From Fimicolochytrium jonesii (lineage: Eukaryota), in the NCBI RefSeq assembly GCF_025526975.1, contig NW_026515680.1:496001-560000 (forward strand): DNA of 64,000 nucleotides, written 5' to 3'. Positions 40,041-49,300 of the stretch are shown one piece after another. Positions within the stretch are counted from its first letter, which is position 1, and every line of letters starts with the position of its first letter. The notes under the pieces were generated by a model. That model did not search any database, was not told the DNA's origin, and saw nothing but the letters and a program-made list of their open reading frames with translations. A program made the translations under genes and the position numbers.

Positions 40041-42808
40041 CTACCGGTTACGGGAGAATGCGTCTGGTCTGCGGCCATTGCCAAACACCACCGAACGCAC
40101 AATCAAGAGGAAATTCTTGGTGCTTAGGACGTCCCGATTGTGCAGTCTCATCCGTAGTCGTAGTGGTCGTCTTCCAGGAATCTCAAATGGTGTCCAGTCT
40201 TGGTTGATACATTCGGGTTTGGGGCAACCCACCAATCCATGGACGTATTCCATTCTTCCCTTTCTAGCTTGCCATGGCCGAGATGACAGCTGCTGTCGGA
40301 TGTTTTTCTTCACACGGCTGTGGCAGTCGGGGCACACGGACGACGTTCGATACTCATCCAGCAAGTAGCATGGAATGCCGTTTCTCGCAAAGAGTGTGCG
40401 AAATCTGTTCCATGATGAGTTAGCATAATAGAATACATAGTAGATACCGCCAATCATGGTCACTCACCCCTTGGTCTTTGATGACTCCTGAAAGCGCATG
40501 GTCTTTCCAGCGTCGCTCCAATCACCCAAAATGACCGAAAAATGCTTTCCATACAGGCGTCGCATGTTCTTGATGAGCTTGCTCTCAGACTTTTGCTGGA
40601 GTGAGAACGCCTTGAATCTGCGAGCCACGTGAATCTCATCCTGGTAAAACCCATCCAGGGTGGGATCTGGGATATGGATGGATGTCAGCCCATGTGTTAC
40701 CAAAGTTGAAAATCAAAGTTGAAGTAGAACATCATACCCGCATGTTCGTAATCCACAATGAACGCTGAGAATGCCTCGATGTTCATGCTCCTGTGCGACG
40801 GAATATGTGATTCCATCTCAGCGATGCCGGCATTGATCTTTCGCTCTCTCATGTCTCTTTGGAAGTACCGAGACTTTGTCTCGACCGCCTGTTGATTGGA
40901 TGTGTATCTGATATGGGGTGGTGCATTGTGAGGACGCTGCAACGGAATGTCGCCGCAACGGGGATGGCGGAGACGGGGGGCTGGCCGGCGGAGACGGGGG
41001 GCTGGCGGGCGGAGACGGGGGGCGGGCGGGTGGAGACGGGGGGACTGGCGGGTGGAGACGGGGGGCTGGCGGGCGGAGACGGGGGGCTGGCGGGCGGAGA
41101 CAGGGGGCTGGCGGGCGGAGACGGGGGGCTGGCGGGCGGAGACGGGGGGCTGGCGGGCGGAGACAGGGGGCTGGCGGGTGGAGACGGGGGGCTGGCGGGT
41201 GGAGACGGGGGGCTGGCGGGCGGAGACGGGGGGCTGGCGGGCGGAGACGGGGGGCTGGCGGGCGGAGACGGGGGCTGGCGGGTGGAGACCGTGGGCTGGC
41301 GGGCAGAGAGGGGGGGGCTGGCGGGCGGAGACGGGGGGGGGGGGTAGCGGGGACAGCAGGGCAGTAGTAATCAACTGAAACGTACCGAAACAGCCGCTCC
41401 TTCTTGATGTCTCGACGGAACAAGAGGTTACGCTTGTTTAGATCAATGCTGACGATGTTTGGAGCATCCCTTAGTTGACCGAACAGATGACTGGATTCGA
41501 GATTTGCGCAGCGGGATAGCGGAAAACAGGCGCATTCCACGGCGCTCATAGAGGCGCGAGAGCTCACAGTAGGCGCCTATGACGAGGGCAGGTGCGGACC
41601 ATGATTAGACAAAAGAGGAAGCCGCGGGGGGGGGGGGGGGGGGGGTAAATGTACGGGACATAGCTCACCTAAATATGGCATTGCGTCCACCGCAAGGCTG
41701 TATGCAAGCGGCTCAATCTGGGGAGGAAACAGAGCCCATAACTCGTCGAGGATGGTCCGCTCAAGTCGTGTGAGGCGCGCAAGCTCCTCTTCGGTTGGGT
41801 ACTCTTCAAATGTCGCGTACTTTGTAAATTGACGGACACAACGATAATAGCGTCGCCGCTGCGCTCTCCGGAGATGCCGTTTGACTTGCTTCAAACCAAG
41901 CCTTTCATTGACGTAGCGCAGAAACATTTGCATGAAATGCTCTTGTACGTTAACTTTGAGGTTTGTGAGGATGCTCGTAGCCGTGTACGCTGCGGTCTGT
42001 TGGCAATTTCGCATGCGGATGGGGGCAAATCCGTGAACATTACAGTAGTCTTAATCCCATGGACGCAACTCTTGCGCGATGAGCGGATTGCCATTGTAGC
42101 CTGGATTGTTGAGCAGCTCAAACATCACACTGATGTGCTTGTCGGTGATGTCCGGGAAATCGTGTAGAGGATGATCAGCTGTGGTGGGGTGGGCAGATGT
42201 AGCAGTCAGGACATTGTTTTATGGGAAATATACAGTATAGTGTACCTCAAAAACTCACCAAGGTAGTACTTGATAAAGAAGGTGGTGTGGCGCACAAGGA
42301 CGTGAACATCGGCGATGAACGTTGCCAGGCGCTCCCTTTGAACTTGATTTCGATTATGGATGATTCAGTGAAGCAAAACCTTGGTGCTGGCATGTGTTTG
42401 CGGGCGGGGTCGTTGAACTGGTGGTGGTGGTGGTGGCGGGGGTTCATACACCAGGGATCCACCCGGTGTGCTGGGAAAACAGAAAGGGATGGGCGCGGGG
42501 AGGTTCAGCGGGCGCTGCAGACCCCTGTCCACAGGTGAAAGCCCTCGCTGCTGCTGGTGCTGTTGCCCGTCTTCATCGCTGGAACTCTCGCTAACCATGT
42601 CTGCAATTGCTTGGGGCAAGTGGCGATGGACAGAAGGTGGGAACTCGAATCGCGGGGGTGGTTGCAATGGTGTCTGCACAGCGGTTGGCAGACGTATGGG
42701 CAACCGCGGGGTAACCGGAGCAACCTTCCTCCTCTTCCGCCGTGGTGTGGTTGCTCCAGTAAAGATGCCGCACCACAGGTGCCCCTGGAGCGCCTGGTGT
42801 GATGGCAT
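40041..42808 (-). pseudogene. Fanzor1 locus 2, multi-intron, with in-frame stops and an internal deletion
   Basis: HVLVRHTTFFIKYYL; ILTNLKVNVQEHF..RYVN; FSAIPLRKS; RuvC-I IVSIDLNKRNLL; VILGDWS; LLDEYRTSSVCPDC; VHGLVGC..C; HNRDVLSTKN..GRRPDAFSR*. Confidence 0.9.
40966..41345. repeat. 21-bp GC-rich minisatellite (GGCGGGCGGAGACGGGGGGCT), about 17-18 copies, in a Fanzor intron
   Basis: Directly visible; lies between a GTACGT donor (~41385) and a GCAG acceptor (~40938) on the minus strand. Confidence 0.92.
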
Positions 42809-44183
42809 GATGGCAGTGCTGTGCCTTTTGCGTGCCTGCTAGAGATGAGGTGTTGCAGGTGATTGCCGTGATAGCTGTGTGTCAAAGAACTCGCGTCAGT
42901 GCTGTGGTAATGAAGCTGAGAACGGTGAGGAATTGCGGTTGTTACCTGGTAGCGGCTGAAGGTGAAAACGGGGATGCTTACTGCCCACAATTGCGTTGGG
43001 AAGGAAGGGGGTTGGGAAGGAGGTTTGGTATGTAATTGGGGGCCATGATGAGGTGCAATCAAGAGCGTGAGTTGTGGGAAGAGTGAGGAAGAGTAGAGTG
43101 AGGATTGTCCTTTACACGCGTGTAAAGGACGTGGAGTAGCTTCCAGGGCAGCTAGCTGGGCAGCTACCTGGGCAGCTAGCTGGGCAGCTATAAACAAAAA
43201 CACACCCAAACATGACGGCAGTGGCAGTGGCTGGAGGTAAGGAGTAAAGAGTAAGGAGGGTCCGAAGCCGATGATGGCGCAGTATATCTATACAAAAAAG
43301 GCACGTATGATCGCACTGGTAGCACTACCTTCATTAATACCCCTCTCTCCTCAGGCATCAACGATGCGCAAGGGTTTTTCTACATCAACTACTGGAATTC
43401 CGAAAAACGCACACTACTCAGCCAGTTTCTTTCTTTAGTGTAATCCGAAAACACCATCTGGCAGCCCAGTGGATGCAGATGTAGGCCGCAATTTGCCATA
43501 GCTGGAAAAAATCGATGTGCAGCGCACAAGCCGGTTCTTATCCACAAACGGGCACTGCCACAAGAAAGAGCACCCAAAAAGACGCTGCCAGTGGGTGCCT
43601 GTGGTCCTCTGCGCCATGGAAAAACTCACACCCAACCGCTTGGGGCGGTGTTGCAGGTCCCATAATGACACCGCTTTTTCTCCCGCTCTCAGCTAGGCCA
43701 CTTGTGGCAAAATGCCGGAATATGCAAACGGCAGGTGTCAATCCTCATGCGGGCCTGCAAATGTTCTCCTCGACCGCAGTCAAGTCTCACGTCCCATGCG
43801 TTTCCATTTTGCAGCGGTCGTTTGCAACCGTGGGGATAAAGAGGAGGAGACCTCTACCGGCAACGAGGTGCCCAAGTATGATGCCGCTGGGACGTAGGAA
43901 TGTTCAGTATTCTTCGCTTTCTTTGCTGACAATTTCGGTGTCCAGCCAGGATATGTAAATTTAGACGTCATTATTATATGCCTACACTGTCAAAATACTG
44001 TCAAACCTACCTACTTTTGCTGTCTCTGAGACCTCTTTCTCGCTCTCTCTTCTTCCAACCTCAGCACACGCCGAGATCCACACCCCGACACAGCAACAAC
44101 AACAACGACAACACAACAACAACAATGACAACACAACAACAGCGACAACAACGACAACAACCATGCCCAAAGCACCCCCACGC

Positions 44184-44232
44184 TGGATCAGTGCATAGCA
44201 TAAACCAATGGTTTATGCTATGCACTGATCCA
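44184..44232. repeat. 49-bp palindrome (24-bp perfect arms, 1-nt centre)
   Basis: TGGATCAGTGCATAGCATAAACCA-A-TGGTTTATGCTATGCACTGATCCA. Confidence 0.97.
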
Positions 44233-44246
44233 CTATACAATTGCAC

Positions 44247-44416
44247 TGTGCATTAACCGTACTGACTCCACTCAACACTGTGCATTAACCGTAACGGCTG
44301 CTGAAAGTGTAATGCATTAACCGTACTGGCGGGTGTATGGTGTAATGTATTAACAATGTACCCTACACCTTCGGTGTTATGCATTAACCGCACAAGCCTT
44401 TCAGCCATTAACCATC
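44247..44416. repeat. Spaced direct repeats (TGCATTAACCGTA-like), about 6 copies, ~32-34-bp period
   Basis: Conserved core with different spacers, directly after the palindrome. Confidence 0.85.
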
Positions 44417-44426
44417 CTTCCGCAAT

Positions 44427-44990
44427 TTGGGAAAGGGGGCAAAGTCAAAATTCCCCCCTACATGCGTCGAGTCCAACCAACCTTTCTATACTTCCCCATT
44501 CCGTGTTCCATGTAGGGGGGCAAAAAGGCAATTTTCGAACCAACTCTCACCACCAAAAAGAGACATCCTTTTCTCATTCTTCTTTTCAAAACTTTTCATA
44601 TATCCTCTCATAGGTTTAGAAACTGCCAAAATGCCCCCCCTGTATCTTTTTCCCGTCTGCGGGGGCATTTTTGAAAAAGGGGGGCAAAACAAAATGCCCC
44701 CCTACATGCGTCTAGCCAAACCACCCTTCCTATCTATTCGCCCATACCATATTTCATGTAGGGGGGCAAAAAGGCAATTTTCAAACCCACCCTCTCCCAC
44801 ACAAATCACACTTCTTTTCTCATTATTGCTTCTCAAATACTTTTAATATATTCTCTCATAGGTTTTGAAACTGCCAAAATGCCCCCCTACATCTATTATC
44901 CCGTCCTCACTCTCTCTTTTCTTTCCACTTCTCTACATTCCTCTAGGGGGGCATTTTCACTTTGCCCCACTTCTCAAAATGCCCCCCGCT
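44427..44990. repeat. Composite direct/inverted repeat block (TIR- or MITE-like)
   Basis: A ~243-bp unit is duplicated (44427 onward and ~44670 onward); 44427-44460 recurs inverted at ~44943-44978 and partly at ~45748-45790. Confidence 0.75.
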
Positions 44991-45144
44991 TATTCTGAGA
45001 AAATAGATTTCCCTACTTTATTAGTCGACCCCGTTACAGTAAATGACAAACTCATACTCTACTGTGACATCCACCAATACGAACATTCTTTCATTTTTCA
45101 AAATTACATTACATTGAAACCTATCATTACTTTCCCTCAGAACT

Positions 45145-45531
45145 CTAGTCTGCATTATCACGCACGGCATCGGTAGTGGTTTCTGAACTATTTTCTTCAA
45201 CTTTGCCAGTGCCAAAGGCCCACTCGTTGGGCATGGAGATACTCTCTGTGACAGCGTTATTCTTGACAAACTCTAATTTTCCCGGCTTGTCAAAGCAAGC
45301 CCATTCCTTCTTCTCGTTTTCAATCCAACGGTCGTATAGTTTTCGCCAGACAGGTTTCATGATGGAATTGAATCTGCAAAAGTCCCGTTCGTATTCTTTG
45401 CATTCCCAACCTGAACCCATTATCGTACCAGTGATGAATCGGCAGCGAGTTATGAAGTCCTCGTCGGAGATCTTTTCGCGGTGCGAAACTGCCATTAACC
45501 TTTTGACAAGCGGTTTACTTAAAAAAGACAT
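45145..45531 (-). CDS. Hypothetical protein, 128 aa
   Basis: ATG-initiated intronless ORF with globular composition, in the virus-like block. Confidence 0.55.
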   Translation of the reverse strand: MSFLSKPLVKRLMAVSHREKISDEDFITRCRFITGTIMGSGWECKEYERDFCRFNSIMKPVWRKLYDRWIENEKKEWACFDKPGKLEFVKNNAVTESISMPNEWAFGTGKVEENSSETTTDAVRDNAD

Positions 45532-46051
45532 GTTTAATGCTCACGTCTCCAATCTGCACCTTGTCGCTTCTATATAAACCTTGGTGTGGGACCGAAACCA
45601 AATCCGATAACAACTTACATTCGATATCAACTGTCAAGAAATGAGGTTATATGACATGATCAGCGGTCATTGAACTCGAAACAAATCTATAAACGGTCAA
45701 GTAGGTATCTGAATACTATTCATTCTCCGAATTCTCTACGTTCCTCTAAGGGGCATTTCCCTTTGCCCCACTTCTCAAAATGCCCCCGCCGTTCGTGTGA
45801 TGGGCTTTGTAAAATCGCCCACCCCCAACGTAAAGAGGTTCGTAAAAATCGCCCCCACTGGGGGTGTTTTGTTCCGGACGCCTTGCATAATTTTGGAGTG
45901 GGCGATTTCGAGACGTAGTTCAAATTTGTGGGGGTGATTTTGTTGAGACAGGTTCAACAGTGGTGGGGACGATTTTGTTGCTTCATCCCGAAATACTGTG
46001 GACGCATTTTCTCCAACAGCCAAAGTCAATTTCTTGAGTAAATTCAAACCA

Positions 46052-46384
46052 ATGCCAAACGTTTTTGAAATCAGTTCGGATATCAAGTGTATAGAGGGAG
46101 TTGTTGTTATTCGTTTTTTCGTAGCAGACCTCGATAGTCTGGAACGAATATGTCGGTCTATGTTAAACAAACCCGGTTACATGGCATACATCAAAGTAAA
46201 TGACGAGAATTGGGAGATTTTTAAACAGATCTACAACATTTTTACAAAGAAAAATAATCGTCTCCGTAAAGATTTCATTTTTCAAAGCGGGTATTTAGGT
46301 ATCACAGATGATAAGGGACAACTGAGAATGCTATGTGGAACAGACAAAGACCATCGAGCGTGTGTTCTTGATATTGATACTTAG
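46052..46384 (+). CDS. Hypothetical protein, 110 aa (paralogue of 56117-56449)
   Basis: Near-identical duplicate with synonymous changes; its stop overlaps the fibre stop by 4 nt. Confidence 0.75.
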   Translation: MPNVFEISSDIKCIEGVVVIRFFVADLDSLERICRSMLNKPGYMAYIKVNDENWEIFKQIYNIFTKKNNRLRKDFIFQSGYLGITDDKGQLRMLCGTDKDHRACVLDIDT

Positions 46385-49300
46385 TAGCATTGCGTCCAAA
46401 AGTTGAGGTAGGAATTAGACAACGTTATAGATGTTGGTATGACAATCCTTGCGCTTAATTGAGTATTTGTCGAAGAGAAGAGCAATGGAATTTGGAAACT
46501 GAACGGATACTTTGTGTTATACGTGTTGATATCGCAATAATACGATACCCCTCTCGCGGCGATAACAGTAGAAGATTGGTCTAATATTTGAACAGTTATT
46601 GTTACCCGTGAGTTCATAGCGTTCATGGCCCCAACAAACGAAACATGCGCAACAACTCCGGACATCCCGACTTTCCAATTTATGGGACCAAAGCCTCCCG
46701 TATAGCCGTTACCATTCGTCAACAACGTATCAACCACACCGTCTTTGATACAAACAGCAGATTGAATGATTTGTGAAGCATAGATGTTTGTAGAACAGGT
46801 CAAATCATTCTTGACCAAGGCTGTTGAATTACATGTAAGAGTGTTTGTGGTTGTGGCAAGAGAAACATCCAGAGTATTTGCAGAAGCGCTAACAAGGGTC
46901 GCTTTGGGAACAGCCTGATTATATTGAATATTTCGGATAGCGACCCCTCCGGTTGTGGTTTGATTTGCGTATGCCCATGCGATACCCCATACTACATAAG
47001 GCGTGGTATTTGCAAAAATAAATGAATTCCCATCTGTGGTCCAAGTCGAACCAGATATATTCGAAAACGTTGCGATTGTTACCATAGCCGACTCGGTTGT
47101 TCCGGCAATCACGGAGAAAGTAGTAGGCATCGCCACGGCGTCCATCAGGTAGGCGGTGAGTTTGATTGAACTCATAGCAATGGCCGACGGGAGTCTCAAT
47201 AACGAGTAATGAACAGACTGTGTTGTTCCATCTAAGCCTAAATTGGCTGTTGAAGTGCTTGCAGTTGCCCACCGCAGTCTGGAAGCGATTGTTGCGTTTG
47301 AGTAAGCGTCCCACGGGTGCCCTGTGTAACCATCACTTCCATTTCCATTTGCATACGTGTATTCGCTGGAGGCTGTAACTGTATAACCGTTCCAAGATGA
47401 AGAACCTGTTGCTGGCGTCTGTGGATATGGAATGAAAGTGGTTTTCGATGTTAAGGCAGGACTGTTCAAATCACCGGTCACATTGAGATTTGACCCGACA
47501 TATAAAGATTTCGCTACAGATGCGCCTCCACTCACCTGAAGAGCGCCTGATGCGTTAGAAGTGGCATCAGTAGTGGTCAAGATCGATACAGTACCACTGT
47601 TGTTCAGATTTCCCCCAACATATAAAGATTTCGCTACAGAAATCCCTCCAGAAACTTGGAAAGAACCGGTTCCTACTCCTGTAGAATCCGTTGTGGTAAA
47701 GACCGCGACGTTACCACTGCTGGTGTAGACTTTAAACCAAGTGGTATTTTCGGCCGAATTCCACACGGAAAAATCTCCTACAGTTCTCAAGTCGTCCCAT
47801 ACTCTGACATAAGGATTGGAAGACTGATTTGGGTCTATGGAGAGAGGACCTTGTGAACCTGTAGCAGAAATTGTTGCTAAACTCCCGGTGAAAGTCATGT
47901 TTCCTGTAACTGTCAAACTGCCGATAGAACCATTAGGAATAATAACCTTTCCCGTACCATCAATTGTAAGACCTTGTGGTGCATTCCATAATCCCAAACC
48001 CAACGTGTTTGTCGCAAGACCTGCTCCAGCATAATTGAAGTACAATCTGGCCATATTATTAGTTACTGCTCCTACTCCAATTTGAAGTGTTGAGAAACTC
48101 CCCGCTGCCAAGTTCGGTGTCCCAAGATGGCTGCTAACAATAGGTCCGGTGGAGGAGATATTGGAGTAGATTGTGCCGTTAACAGTCAAGTCTTTACCAA
48201 AATTGACATTCCCTGCAATACCCGCTCCACCTCTCACCTGAAGGGAACCTGATGTTGTCGTAGTAGAATCTATAGTGGAAAGAATCTGTACAGATGGCAG
48301 ATTAGAGTTGATTATGAAATTGGCATTCGAACCGGAATAGAGAAAAAAGTTCCCAGCATTTGGAGCGGTCGTATTGACTCCTGCGTAACCAAAAGCCCCC
48401 ACCACCGTTCCTGTGTTGTTAAGGAAACCGATAGTAGAAAATCCAGATGCCGAAAGACTCTGAAGTTTCAAAATATCAACGGAAGTTGAGTTTACTTGCA
48501 GTGTATGACTTCCCGTGGCGGCTGAACCAGCAAATAGAGATTTTCCCACACCTAGACCTCCAGCAACTGTTAGAGCGCCAGTTGTTGTAGAAGAGGAGTC
48601 GGTTGTTGTATTGATTAGAACATTTCCATTTGTCAATATATCAAGGTTTGATACGCCGGGTCCGTTAGCGAATCGTAAGTTTGTCGGTGAATTATTGTAC
48701 TGAGCCCGAATTACCATATCGCCAATAGCCGAATTTGAGGAAAAATACCCTGCTGCTGAAACGTTGCCCGTTATGCTGCTTCCAAATGTGGGTGTTGATA
48801 CCGAACCGTTGTACCAAAAGATACTTTGATTTGACCCGACAAAACTCGCATCACTTCCTACCGTCAATTTCTTGGCGATACCAACACCTCCGGCGACCTG
48901 TAAAGCGCCAGCATTTGTAGCGTTGGAGTCGGATACCGAATTGATAGTTAGTGCATTCGTTGTCACATTCACCGATAACGCAAGATTTGCGGCAGTATTG
49001 TTGTATAAGCCGAAATTATTAGTTCCAAGGCCACTAGTTTGACCTATATGCCACAAAGTCCAACCTCCACCGTTTGAGTTTATAAGACCTACAGAAGGTC
49101 CATTTCCGGCTGTAGATTCTTTTATGATTCCATATCCACCGACGTATAATGATTTAGCAATTCCAACGCCGCCTGCAACTTGGAGAGAACCAGCATTTAT
49201 AGCGTTGGAGTCAAGAGTAGAGGTAACTACAGTCGATGCAGCGTTATTTATATTCAAAGTCTGTCCTGTTGTGGTATTCAGGTTCGCTGTTGTTCCTCCT

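Noticed and set aside
40697..41567. Pro/Gly/Arg-rich repeat proteins in the ORF track
   Set aside because: Translations of the intronic 21-bp minisatellite.
43320..43405. Left end (TIR) of the Fanzor-2 element at CACTA motifs
   Set aside because: Similarity to the right end (GTGACGGGCTCCGCTTTCCG) is too weak to call.
43389..44170. Gene between Fanzor 2 and the palindrome
   Set aside because: Only short stop-interrupted frames and a CAA microsatellite; no product can be supported.
44247..44416. CRISPR array
   Set aside because: Repeats are only ~13-15 bp and degenerate, spacers are ~18 bp, there are no cas genes, and the context is eukaryotic.
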